Source: Octopus bimaculoides (Eukaryota). Taken from it: a stretch of 64,000 nucleotides of DNA. Position numbers and translations under genes: made by a program. Shown piece after piece: positions 24,571-37,350 of this stretch. The DNA lies in the NCBI RefSeq assembly GCF_001194135.2, contig NC_068988.1, positions 3,681,245 to 3,745,244 on the forward strand, in the 5' to 3' direction. The notes under the pieces are model-generated. The model saw only the letters and a program-made list of their open reading frames with translations, was not told the DNA's origin and searched no databases. Positions within the stretch are counted from its first letter, which is position 1. Each line of letters starts with the position of its first letter.

Positions 24571-26690
24571 GGGTACCTATCTGGTGAATGTTTCATATAC
24601 TCTAACCCTATACTCTATCCATGTGGCCTACTCAGAACCATCATTACTAATACAGCATTTCAATGCCATTAACAACTGCAACACAAGCCATTTAGAGTAC
24701 CCTGCAATTTGAGAGCATTTTAGTGTTTGGTACTTAAACTCCAATTGTTGAAGAACTTCTAATCAGTCACAACAGATTTTAGTGAATCTACACAACACAA
24801 TTCACTTCTGACTAATACTTGTGGCATTAGCTGATATTTAATAAAAAATAATTACAATTCTAATTAGTAATTTAACAATAACTAAGTTCCTTCATCTCAG
24901 TACAAACTATCATCAGCATCATCATCACCAATGTTGTTGTCATCATCAGCATCATTTTCCATTAGCATTTCCCAGGCTTAGATTGGACAGTTTTTCTGAG
25001 GCAGTGTTTTACAGCTGGATGCTCTTTCTGTCATCTACACCATTTAATCACCTGATATGACAATGCAGGGATATATGCCCACATCTCCTCTCAGTACACA
25101 GTCAAAGGGAAGTGATTAAAAGAATTAGAGCTGGACTACCATCTTATAGATTCACTAATATTTCAAAGTGTCTTTAAGTAGACTATATTCCACAAGTTCA
25201 CCTGCCTATTTAGAGTGTTAATACCATATCTTCTTGGAATATTTCTTGAGGTTACTCATCTCACACATTCTTAATGCTATACAACCAGAGCTGAGCACAG
25301 ATTCTTATGAACTCTTCAGTGTGTTGGAGATAATTTTTATGCAACAGTATCTTGCAACAAAAATCAAGTAAATACAAGATTTACAACTCTGCTACACTAA
25401 GGCATCCATAATCTCTTTATTATATCCAGCAATAAATAATCTTATAAAAACAACCATTGTCGTCTATGTTCAGTAAAAAAAAAACAAAAAGCTTCCAGTC
25501 ATTAAATAATTCTTGCATTAGTTGCCAATATTTTTCTATTTGGATTTTTTAACTTTATAGTTTATATCTCTTCAACTGCTGTCTGACATTCAATATTATT
25601 CTGAGGATCTTATAATAAATTTATGAATACTAGTTATCTGTTACTTTTGATAGTAACATATTTGCTTCCACTACCGTCTTCTTATTCTTCTCGCCGTGTG
25701 AATGAAAATATCAATATCCTTTGAGAAATAATCTTAATTCAGTTTTCTAATATTCTAATTTCTATTGGCAACTATTTATTCTTTCTTTATACATTTGAAC
25801 TCAAAATGTTATGGTTAATCTTGTCACAAAACAAGGAATCATAATGAAAATGCCTACCATTGCTTTCACTAATGTCACACAGATGAGAAAGAAATCTCTT
25901 CCTGAATTTAAGGTTTTCTGATGCCAGTAACTTTCTAATAAAAAATAATACCTGGTATTTATTCTAGCAAATATGGTCTCCTGAATAAGTTTACACTTAA
26001 GTTATCTTACCAGAAACACAACCAAACACTTGCAGCAGATTTAAATTATTCATTGTAATGTTGGCCTTGCAATATTTTGCTGCCTCAGTCATTTCACTCC
26101 GACTACATCCTCCATAATTAATGAAGAAGAATCTAAAAAAATGACTGATAGCAAATATTAATTACAAATATTTCACAAACTAGAATAAAATTATTTTGTC
26201 ACATGGAAAAAGAGTAAATTAACAATATTGCTTTCTTGTTCCTCAGGTTGTCAACATTTTTTGAACATTTTCTACAGTTCTGCTATCATCAACACCAATG
26301 TTTAATGATAGACTGTCTTGTCAGACCATTGAACAAGTCTTTCCACCTTTTTGTGATCAGAGATGTACATCAATTAGTTTGATGATCATTTAACTAATGG
26401 CTGGAATTATTAGATACAACAACTGGCCATAAAACTGGAGGACAATGAACTTGGTAATGCAAGTCAACAAAGTATAAGTCAGTTTTATTGATGTCACTGT
26501 TGTATCTGCTTACATTTAAGTAGATTCAGCCATTTGAGCTTATGTACCACAGTCAGAGAGACAGCTCAAACACTGGCCAATCACCTCTCTGTTAGCTTTC
26601 TGGTGACCAACCACCCACAGCTCTCATGCTCGCTTCACTGTTTTATTCAGATTTGTAACATATATTTAAAAAAAAAAACTTCTAAATTAC

Positions 26691-26791
26691 TGCTCGCATG
26701 GATAATTTTCGTCTTCAATGGAAGAAACAGCTCCTCTCTCCAGTTTTTGATCAACATAGAACAGGAGATAAGTAACATTTTCGAGAGATTT
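26691..26791 (-). CDS. Possible internal host exon (unassigned)
   Basis: tag|AAA..GAGCA|gtaatt. One open frame, KSLENVTYLLFYVDQKLERGAVSSIEDENYPCE, with retained CpGs. The acceptor is weak and no homology is recognised. Confidence 0.2.
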
Positions 26792-27100
26792 CTATAGCAA
26801 TGTCTTTACTTTGATACAAATAACATTTGGTTGCTGTCTACTGTCACTGGTTTAACAAAACCTAGATACTAGCATGTTTAACGTCATGAGACTAGCAGTA
26901 GCTGTGGAGTTAGGGAAACGAAACACTAAAAAAAGAATATCAAGTGATGACATAGAATGATAATAAAAATGTTGAACGTTAAATTCCAGCTTTCTTTGTT
27001 TTATTTCGTATATTTCCTTTCTTTCCTTTGCAAAGTTGCTATTGTGATAACAAGATTTCAACCCCACCGCCATCTCTCCATCCCTCTCTTNNNNNNNNNN

Positions 27101-27185
<85 letters not shown>

Positions 27186-27494
27186 GCATGTATATATATA
27201 TTTATATACACACATATATATACATTATTTATTTATTATAGCTGAAACTTTACAATCATTTCTTAAAGATTCTTGCAATTCTTCAAATAATTACAAGAAT
27301 TGTAAAGAAGCAGTTTGATTTTCACAAATAACATTGCAAAACAGCCCAATGACAATATCAGCTGGTCAGAATAAAAGAATACTTGCTAAATATTCTGGAT
27401 AATCACAGAATCAAGTAAATATGATTATAAAAAATATGCACCAAATAATTTTCATATGTCTATTAACAATTTAAGTGATTTGAATTATTAACAT

Positions 27495-27722
27495 TTAACC
27501 CTTTAGTATTCAGATTCGTCTGTCAAATGCAATTCTTATTTATTCATCTTTCGAATTATTCATGCAATACTTTGTGCTTTCAAGATTTTAATGATGTAAT
27601 TGTTTAGTTTCAGTTATGACATTGTAAAGTAAGATATGAGATGCCAGATCTGGTTTGTTTGAGTATAAAACAGGTGGAATATTTTGGCTGGATATGGCCA
27701 GTTTAAATGCTAAAGGAGTAAA
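27495..27722 (+). mobile_element. piggyBac-like (TTAA) MITE
   Basis: TTAA-CCCTTTAGTATT..AATGCTAAAGGAGTAA terminal inverted repeats; no ORF. Confidence 0.7.
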
Positions 27723-28194
27723 ATGAATTATTTGTAGTGGGGGCCCCTGTACCAATGCTACATGCAGAAAAGGAAGTGACTGTTGTTTCTTTATTTTAAA
27801 ATAAATTCAATCCACTCCTCCTTGGAATAAATTTTTTTACAATGAACCAGACCTTGTACCAACACATTGAGATTAAATCTAATTAATATTGAAGAAAGTT
27901 GATCTTGGAGCAGATTGGGTCTTTTCTCCTTTTTTTTTCTCTTTTTCACCATTAGCTGTAGGCCCTTAAAACTTCCAGAATGTCGCATTTTATCTAAAAA
28001 TTTTAATTTTCTGGACTACAGTTCTTAAATAACAAAAAACCTTAGTCATAGATCCAAATTTGTTTTGTTCCTCTGGAACAAGTCCAGATCCGCATAATAA
28101 CATCTCAATCAGAAAGGATAGCGGAATGACTTTTCTAAGATAAGAACAAAAATAAAAACACACTTCCTTTACTGTTCTTATTTCTAACACTGAA

Positions 28195-28410
28195 GTTAGA
28201 AATAATTTCTGCTAAATCTTGGCAGATTGTTACGCCTTGTAACTTTTACTTCTGGTTTCACATTTTCAGTTCAAATTCTGCCAAGATTGCTTTTGCCTTT
28301 CATCCTTCAGAGATTGATCAAATGAATTACCAGCTAAAATAGAAGAATGGATATGATTAGCTTTTCACCCACAACCCACCAAAAATTTCTCAGCTCATGC
28401 TCATGTTTGA
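28195..28410 (+). mobile_element. Family B SINE, decayed
   Basis: CAGTTCAAATTCTGCCAAG..TTTTGCCTTTCATCC. Confidence 0.55.
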
Positions 28411-28431
28411 AATGGACACGCACACACAGAT

Positions 28432-28494
<63 letters not shown>

Positions 28495-28503
<9 letters not shown>

Positions 28504-28650
28504 TGCTGTTTAAGAAGATTGGTTCCTTTCTATGCTTCCAGGTTCAGTCCCACTGTGTGGCACTTTGGGAAAGTGTCTCCAACTATAGACTCATTCCAGC
28601 CAAGGCTTAGTGAGTAGATTTGGTAGACAGAAACTGAAAGAAGCTTGTTT
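28495..28650 (+). mobile_element. Family C SINE 5' half
   Basis: GGTTCAGTCCCACTG..GTAGACAGAAACTGAAAGAAGC, followed by (CT)n(TA)n. Confidence 0.7.
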
Positions 28651-28653
28651 CTT

Positions 28654-28711
<58 letters not shown>

Positions 28712-28744
28712 CACCTGTCTCTTTATCTATCTATATCCTATATG

Positions 28745-28778
<34 letters not shown>

Positions 28779-28789
28779 ATGTCATAGCA

Positions 28790-30915
28790 GAGAAATGTAT
28801 CTTTATGGATAATGATTCTGCAAAAAAAAAGGCTTGGAGAAGCCATTATGAAAGACTGCTGAATGTGGAGAATGAATGGAGGGAGGAGAGTCTGCCAAAG
28901 GTTGACCCATTTGAGGGACAAGCTATCTAAATCAACAGTACCCAGGTAGATAAAGCAATTAAGGATATGAAGACAGGGAAAGCACCTGGCACATCAGGAA
29001 TCACTGCTGGGATGCTTAAAATATTGGGTGGTGTGAGTTATGGTCTTGTTACCTGCATTGTAAATCAGTTCATGAAGGAGTCATACCCAATGATTGGTGT
29101 AGCAGCACCATAGTCAACTGCTACAAGGGAAAAAGTGATGCTTTAGATAGAAATAACTACAGGGGTGTAAAATTATTGGATCAGGTGATGAAAATTACAG
29201 AGAGGGTCATAGCCCAACTAATTAGGGAGAGACTTAGCCTAGATGAGATGCAGTTCGGTTTTGTGCTAGGCAGAAGCACCACTGATGCTATATTTCTGGT
29301 AATGCAACTGCAGAAGAGATACCTAGCCAAAGATAAATCTTTGTACTTGGAGAAAGCCTTTGACAGGGTCCCCTGATCCCTTATCTGGTGGTCAATGCAG
29401 AAACTGGGGATAGACGAATGCCTGGTAAGAGCTGTTCAAGCTCTGCAGGGAAGCTGTTAGTAAGGTGAGCGTGGGCAGTGAGTATAATGAAGAATTCTGA
29501 GTAGAATTTGGGATTCACCAAGGATCAGTCCTCGACCCCCTCTTATTCATTATAGTCCTCCAGACAATAACAGAGAGATTCAAGACAGGCTGCCTCTGGG
29601 AGCTCCTCTATGCTGATGACCTTGCTCTAATACCTGAGTCACTGCCATAATTGGAGATGAAGTTTATGGTGTGGAAACAAGGTTTAGAATCAAAGGGTCT
29701 TAGGGTTAACCTAGCCAAAACCAAAGTCTTAGTAAATAGGAAGGCTGTCAAATCACAACACTCTTCAGGTAGATAGCCCTGCTTGATCTGTTGAACAAGC
29801 ATGGGTAGGAACTCCATATGATGTACCCTGTGTGAGCTTATGGACACATAAAAGGTGCAGCAACATCAAAGGAAGGTTAACCAGGAAAATAGTTTTTGTG
29901 TGTGGCAGATACACTGAGGCAATAAACGCTGAAGATGTACAGAAAACCTATTCCGTCACATACCAGGGGGAATAAACTAGAAGTAGTTAATAACTTCTGC
30001 TACCTAGGTGACCAAGTCTGTAGTGGGGGTGGGGTTGCTCTGAGAGTGTAGCAACTAGAGTAAGAATAGCCTGGGCAAAGTTCAGGGAGCTCCTACCTCT
30101 GCTGGCAACTAAGGGCCTCTCGCTCAGGGTGAAAGGTAGACAGTATGATGCATGTGTGCGAACTGCCATGCTACACGGCAGTGAAACATGGGCCATGATT
30201 GCTGCGGACATGGGTAGGCTTGAAAGAAATGATGCTAGTATGATTCACTGGATGTGTAATGTCAGTGTGCATACGTGACAGAGTGAACGGAAAGATGGAC
30301 ATAAGAAGCATTAAATATGGTGTGCAAGAGAGGCGACCATGCTGGTATGGTCATGTGTTGTGTATGAAGGAAGACAGCTGTGTGAGGAAATGCCATTCCC
30401 TAACTGTAGAAGAAAACTGTGGAGGAGGTAGACCCAAGAAGACATGGGATGAGGTGGTGAATCATGACCTTTGAACATTGGGCCTCACAGAGGCAATGAC
30501 AGGAGTCCCGGACCTTTGGAGATATGCTGTGATTGAGAAGACCCAGCAACTAAAGTGAGATTGCAGCCATGCTTGTCCAGGCCTGTTAAAGAATACTTCT
30601 GATGTGTAGGGCGATATGATATGCTTGAGAAGACCTGTTGAGTCAAGTAAAACCAATATCATAGCTGGAGCCAGTGGCATGTAAGAGGTACCATCCGAAC
30701 GTGATCATTGCCAGGTCCACCTTACTTGCCCCTGTGCCAGTGGCATGTAAAAGCACCCACTTCACTCTCGGAGTGGTTGGCATTAGGAAGGGCATCCAGC
30801 TGTAGAAACTCTGCCAGACTGGAATGGAGACTGGTGCAGCTGCTGGCTCTCCAGACTTCAGTCAAACCATCCAACCCATGCCATCATGGAAAAAGGACGT
30901 TAATTGGATGATGAT
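28790..30915 (+). mobile_element. RTE-clade LINE, 5'-truncated, decayed RT with 3' UTR
   Basis: HYERLLNVENEW, NYRGVKLLDQVMKITERV, MQFGFVLGRSTTDAIF, LEKAFDRVP, GIHQGSVL.PLLF, LLYADDLAL (YADD at 29609-29620), NFCYLGD and GRPKKTWDEVV. The UTR continues into the family D tail, ending ..GGACGTTAATTGGATGATGAT. Confidence 0.92.
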
Positions 30916-31139
30916 ATATATATATATATATATATATTAATAATTTAGAGAAGAACCACCAAGATGCAATTCAAACAATGAAGAAGACCAGACACCATCA
31001 AGAAAAATGTATTCTTCAAAATACTGATTTAAAAAACTATAAAATCCAAAAGAAAATTTATAATCCATAAAAATCTATAAAATATTAGATTAAAAATTTA
31101 ATTCAGTTTAGTAAATTTATAAAAACGAAAGTGAATAAT

Positions 31140-31244
31140 AGACTACGCACGTTTCGTGACCACATAAAGCTGGAAAAGATCTGGGCAATTTACAATAAAT
31201 CGATCAAGATAAGTTCCACTCAGAATGAGGACATTTTCAGGTCT
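31140..31244 (-). ncRNA. Possible decayed hammerhead motif with long stem II insert
   Basis: AGAC-CTGAAAA-(~80 nt)-GAA-ACGTGCGT-A-GTCT. Stem I has 4 bp and stem III is nearly palindromic, but core G8 is lost. Confidence 0.3.
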
Positions 31245-31284
31245 TGTAACTTCAAAAAACATATCCTAAAATTAAAAATGCAAA

Positions 31285-31680
31285 TAAAATATTTTACACA
31301 CACATATATATATACACACGTACATATAATCATTCAACATCATCATCATTGCTTTCATGTCCACTTTTCCATACCTCCAGGGGCCAGATGAAATTTGTTC
31401 AGGCAGATTTTCTGAATCTAAATGGTTTTCTTGTTGCCAACCGTCACCTGTTTCCAGGTAAAGCAATATTTCTGCTTAACCACAGAAGATTGGTAACAAA
31501 CAACATCACTTGTATGATGGTGGTGTGCATTTTACAACCATTACCTAGTGTCAAAAAAAAGGACGGACACACACACACACAGGCTTCTTTAAATTTCCAT
31601 CTACTAAATCCGTTCACAAGATTTTGGTCAAAGTGTAGAATACACTTGCTCAGAGTGCCATGCAGTGGCACTGAGCCACA
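31285..31680 (-). mobile_element. Family D variant followed by family C 5' half
   Basis: (CAT)n-TGTCCACTTTTCCAT..GTTGCCAACC..CACCTGTTTCC, then TTTCCATCTACTAAATCC..ACACTTGC. Confidence 0.55.
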
Positions 31681-32102
31681 CCTTTATGGACACATTTCAA
31701 TTAATGTATGGAAGTCAATGAGAAAATAGGCTTCATGTTATGAATATCCACACTACAATAAAGTTGACAGGAATAAAACTTTCCTGTAACATGAAGTCCT
31801 CATGTGTGTGATTTTGATGGTCACAATCATGGATTTAAGTTTAGAATCTTGCTCAAACAGAAGCAGTAAAGAAGCTTGACACATAATGTCTGTTTGGTGT
31901 CTGCTGTTAGTTATTTGAACTCTTCTAGGATATTTGGTCATGAAAAATGAAGAAGCTTCTTCTTGGCCAAATAATATATTGGAAATAGCAGTCAAATTTC
32001 CCTCAAATCATGACCTACTCTCTTAAATGAGGATGCATTGAAGACAAAGTAGTTGAGTGACACACATCTAAAACTGACATGACCGTCACAACTGGAATGG
32101 CT

Positions 32103-32327
32103 TTAATCCTATAGCATTCAGATTACTCTGTCAAATGTAATGCTTGTCATTTACCTTTTTTTAAATGAATCATGTATTATCTTGTAGTTTAGGGATTTCA
32201 AAGGTGTGATTGTTTATTGTTAGAATGACACTGCAGGATAGGTGTGAGACTGACTCTGGCCAGTTGGAGCATAAAACCGGTAGGATATTTCGGCCGGATA
32301 TGGCCAGTTTAAATGCTAAAAGGTTAA
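32103..32327 (+). mobile_element. piggyBac-like (TTAA) MITE
   Basis: TTAA-TCCTATAGCATT..AATGCTAAAAGG-TTAA with both TTAA sites intact. Confidence 0.75.
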
Positions 32328-33319
32328 ATGTAAATCTCGTATTCAGTTAGAACCGATCTGCAGATGAACAACGTCATTTTCATATTCTTTTGCTCTCCTT
32401 TGAAGGGCAAAAACCTAAAGCGTCAGATGTCCTATCTTCATGACAATTAAATTTATTCAAGATTCCACAACTGTCTTTCTCTTTTTATTACTTCACCATT
32501 TTTCTTGCCTTCCAGGTTTTACTTTGAACAAAAATAGTTTACCACCATTCTTTCTTGGCATAGACTCTCAGTTGGTTCCAATAAAATTATCAACATGAGA
32601 CACACATATATTCAAGCCACTTTAAAAAAATGTCAAGGACATTAAAACAAACTCAGTCAAATTAAAATAAATATTTTATATTTTTCTTATAGAGTTTTAG
32701 ATTTAAAATTTTGCATTTTAAAGATAAAGTAAGTGAAAAAAAAAAAAGAAACAATTTATTTTATGTAAACTCTTTAATAGATTTATGAAATAATTTTTTT
32801 GTTTCATCATTTCTGATAACTTGAAAAATTTGTTCATATTTTTGATTTAGTAAAGAGTAAAAGAGAAAAAAAAAAGAAAAACAAATGAATAAATAAATAA
32901 TTAAACAATATAAATAAGCATATAAGCTTAATTTTATGAGTGAATGAACATATTCTTGCATCAAAGTTAAAAGTATGTGGAAATATCTGAATAATGAAGA
33001 AATAGGGAAAAGTTATATAATGCAATGTTTTCTCAGAGAAAACTGATTAGTTGGTATATTTTCTCCAATACAAAGTGATTCTAAGTGATTTTCTGAAGCT
33101 ATGTAACATTGAAGACATTTCTAGAACAAAGAGCAATGTTTGTGGTTTGTTCTAGTCGTGGTGAAGTGCATTTCAGTAGGACAAGGAATAACCAAAAACC
33201 AAATATAAATATAGAATGAAGAAGCATTAGTTAACTTGATGCTTAGTGAAATATTTATTCATAGAAAGTATTTGTATCAAATGACAAAGCAACCATATAA
33301 TAATTAATGCAAGACATAC

Positions 33320-33620
33320 TTTGCATGTGGTGTGTGTGTGTGTGCATGTGTGGTTGTTTTATTTTGTAGAAACTCCTGCATGTGTGTATAAGCACACATG
33401 CAGCAGTATGCAGATTCACACCCAGTCACAAATATGTATGCATGATGTATATATCTATACACACATACATGTATATACACGTGCACAGATACACATAAAC
33501 ACATACACACATGTGCATATATATACATATGTGTGTGTGTGTGTGTGTGTATGTGTGTACATACACACACACACACACACACACATATATACACACACAC
33601 ATAATACATATATATATATT
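33320..33620. repeat. Complex (TG/CA/TA)n low-complexity tract
   Basis: Seen directly; it explains several spurious ORFs. Confidence 0.9.
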
Positions 33621-34869
33621 TGTAAATATCATGAAGAAATCGGTAGAAGTAGGCAAACATTCATATGACAAGATGTCTGAGGAGACACATTGGCCAAGTG
33701 TGCCAATTTCTGCCTGGTGCCAGCTCTTATTTTACTGCCAATAATGATTGGTTGTCAAAGTCAACAGTGTAAACGATGACCAGAGCAGTCTGGTAATTGA
33801 TTGGAAATACCAGCAAGTTGAAGAACTGCATGCAGAACATACTTGGTGTTGCCAACTTTGAGGCAAGTTAAAGAATTGGCTGCCATTATCTTACATTCTA
33901 TATAGTATATTTGGAAGACATTATCCAAGTTATATGAGATGTTAGTTTTATAACTTATTTGCAAACACCAACATATATACTTTTCTTACCACAAATAATT
34001 ATATTCCAGTACCAAATTATGGTGAGGTTGTTAATACAGATTTAAAGAAATAAGAAGAAAACAAGTAATTCTTAGAAGATAAAAACCATCATTTTGTAAT
34101 GTTCTTGGATCGTTTACTCAAGGTAAGTTGATTTCTGTTTCCCAATATATTACTGTTACAATTCCTATCAATGCTATTTTGTACCTGTTTCCTATAATAA
34201 ACTCCACCCACAAAACATCATTTTACTTATCTTTCTTGACCTCTATCACTTCAGTTGTCACATTCTACTCCATCTTCCCCTACAACTTTTCAGTCAGTGA
34301 CCAACAAAACACAGCCGCAAATCCTCAATCAATCACCACCACTACCACTACCGCCATCATTGTTATTGTCATTCTAAATGTTCACATTTCCATTTTGCTT
34401 GGATGAGACAGAAGTCATTGCAGCAGAATTCTCTGTGGCTGGATGCCATTCCTGCCACCAGCATTCACCTATTTCCCTTTAGAAGATTGGAAATGGGATA
34501 CGTTTGTTACGATGAGGACGGTTGTTTACAACAAGCGCATGATGTCAAGACAAAGAGACTCACACACAAACACACATATTGTTAATGTTTGTTTTTACAT
34601 TCAGTTATAATAAAAACAATTTTATATTAATATGATGGCGTACTCTATACTTTTCTAGAGTATGAATTTATTATTCTTAAACAAGAATGTTGTTGACAGT
34701 GACTTCAAAGATTTAGCCAGTTAAGCCATCATCAAATGATGACATAACTGGTTGAAACTTCAAAGTCACTGTCTATGATATACTTGTTTAAGAATAATAT
34801 AAGTATGTATATATATTTATATATATAGTAAACGGAAACCAAAAGAAACCCACCGTTTATGTGTGTGTG

Positions 34870-34904
<35 letters not shown>

Positions 34905-34907
34905 ATA

Positions 34908-35068
34908 TATCACCCACTACATTGTCGGAGTGGTTGGCGTTAGGAAGGGCATCCAGCTATAGAAACTCTGCCAAATCAGATGGTATAGCCATCTGGTCCA
35001 CCAGTCGTCAGTCAAATCGTCCAACCCATGCTAGCATGGAAAGCGGACGTTAAACGATGATGATGATA
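34908..35068 (+). mobile_element. RTE 3'-tail fragment (family D)
   Basis: GGAGTGGTTGGCGTTAGGAAGGGCATCCAGC..GCGGACGTTAAACGATGATGATG. Confidence 0.85.
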
Positions 35069-35077
35069 TATATATAC

Positions 35078-35650
35078 ACAGGCATGGCTTTGTGTTAAGA
35101 AGCTTGCTTCCCAGCCACATGGTTCCGGGTTCAGTCCTACTGCGTGGCACCTTGGGAAAGTGTCTTCTACTATAGCCTCAGGCTGACCAAAGCCTTGANN
35201 NNNNNNNNNNNNNNNNNNNNNNNNNNNNNNNNNNNNNNNNNNNNNNNNNNNNNNNNNNNNNNNNNNNNNNNNNNNNNNNNNNNNNNNNNNNNNNNNNNNN
35301 NNNNNNNNNNNNNNNNNNNNNNNNNNNNNNNNNNNNNNNNNNNNNNNNNNNNNNNNNNNNNNNNNNNNNNNNNNNNNNNNNNNNNNNNNNNNNNNNNNNN
35401 NNNNNNNNNNNNNNNNNNNNNNNNNNNNNNNNNNNNNNNNNNNNNNNNNNNNNNNNNNNNNNNNNNCCCACCATTACTTGACAACTAATGTTGGTGTGTT
35501 TATGTCCCTGTAACTTAGCGGTTTGGCAAAAGAGACCAATAGAATAAGTACTAGGCTTACAAAGAATAATTCCTGGGGGTCATTTTGTCTGACTAAAGGC
35601 AGAGCTCCAGTATGGCCACAGTCAAATAACTGAAACAAGTAAAAGAATAT
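35078..35650 (+). mobile_element. Family C SINE spanning an N-gap
   Basis: 5' half lies before and 3' half after the gap (35199-35466). The gap covers the internal microsatellite. Confidence 0.8.
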
Positions 35651-35664
35651 GTATGTATATACAA

Positions 35665-35825
35665 TAACCTTCTTTCAGTTTCTGTCTACCAAATCCACTC
35701 ACAAGGCTATAGTTGCTGTAAGGCTATAATAGAAGGTACTTGCCTAAGCTACCACACAGAAGGACTGAACCCAAAGTTATGTAGTTTGGAATCAAGCTTC
35801 TTAACCACACAGTCATACCAGCACC
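35665..35825 (-). mobile_element. Family C SINE 5' half
   Basis: CTTTCAGTTTCTGTCTACCAAATCCACTCACAAGG..GGACTGAACCC. Confidence 0.7.
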
Positions 35826-36261
35826 TATTTCTGGTTAGAAAATGAAGTTCATTGTTCAGTGTTTGTCCATTAAAATTATTAAGACAAGCTTCCAAGAAAG
35901 GCGGAAAGTGGAATTTAAACATCAAAAATATTGTCTGATATTAATGAATGAATTAAATTAACAAACAATTATTTGGAACAAAGCTAGAATGTTTGATTAT
36001 GTTATTATGTACTTCAGTTTTATTCTTCTATTTAATGGGAGAACCTTTATTTGGTCACCAATATGGCTGCCAAATATGCTGCAAATACCACTTTGATTGT
36101 TTTATAATGGTTAACTTGGATAATGTATTCCTAGTTATATCATGTCAGAATAAAAAATAAAGCGATCAGGATGAGAACACATTTAGTTATATAGGCCTGC
36201 TTGTTCAGAGCTGACCTGGGGTTAAAAAACAAGACCAAAAAAAAAGGAAAAGAATATTGCG

Positions 36262-36618
36262 TAGGTTGCTTACCAACCACATGGTTCTGGGTTCAGTCCC
36301 ACTATGTGGCATATTAGGCAAGTGTCTTCTACTATAACCTCAAGCCAACCAAAGCCTTGAGTGGATTTGGTAGATGGAAACTGAAAGAAGCCCGTCGTAT
36401 ATGTATATATATATATGTCTATCTGTGTTTGTCCTGCCCAACATTGCTTGACAACCGATGCTGGTGTGTTTACCACCCCGTAACTTAGCGGTTCGGCAGA
36501 AGAGACCGATAAACTAAGTACTAGGCTTACAAAGAATCAGTCCTGGGGTCAATTTGCTCGACTAAAGGTGGTGCTCCAGCATGGCCACAGTCAAATGACT
36601 GAAACAAGTAAAAGAGTA
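36262..36618 (+). mobile_element. Family C SINE (near full length)
   Basis: High similarity to 4615-4995. Confidence 0.85.
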
Positions 36619-36932
36619 ATTGTTGATTTAGATGATAAAGTATTAAACTTATCAGGAGGAGACTAAAGCAAGTAATTGATGTCTTCCTTCTTTTGACATT
36701 TTTCAATGGCTGGTGACACAAACACAGCACTCTTCTATGTTTTAGATCATCTGTGAGGTCTAATCTGTCTCTTTGTAATACTCCTACTAGTTTCAACCAG
36801 AAAATTGTGGCTCTATTTTTTATCCTTAACAAAACCATGCTACTTATTCACCAAGAATGCAACATTCATTTATACTTCATCTTCATGTCAATTATATAAC
36901 TACATATATACACAAGAGAGTGAGCATACCTA

Positions 36933-37040
<108 letters not shown>

Positions 37041-37134
37041 ATGCCTATCAGCCATATCAACTGTTTTTGTTCTTTTGATCTACATGCAGTTCACTTTCCA
37101 CAAGATTTTAAATGCTGTACCTAATATTTAAATT

Positions 37135-37350
37135 ATTGGGTTCAAATTTTGGTGTAAGATCAACAATTTCAGGGTTGGTCTGAAGTCACTTGCATGGACC
37201 CCGGGGTTCAATTGGTACTTATTTTACCAACTCCAAAAGGATGAAAGGCAAAATTGATTTTGGTGCTATTTGAACTCGGAACATAAAGACAGACAAAATA
37301 CCACTAAGCATTCTGCCTGGTGTGCTAATGATTTTGTCTGTTCACTGCCC
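37135..37350 (-). mobile_element. Family B SINE
   Basis: GGATGAAAGGCAAAATTGA..TTTGAACTCGGAAC. Confidence 0.7.

Noticed and set aside
25400-26500. Patches of coding-like minus-strand sequence (e.g. VQMYKERINSCQ*KLEY*KTEL)
   Set aside because: Multiple stops and no assignable family; cannot be told apart from AT-rich noise.
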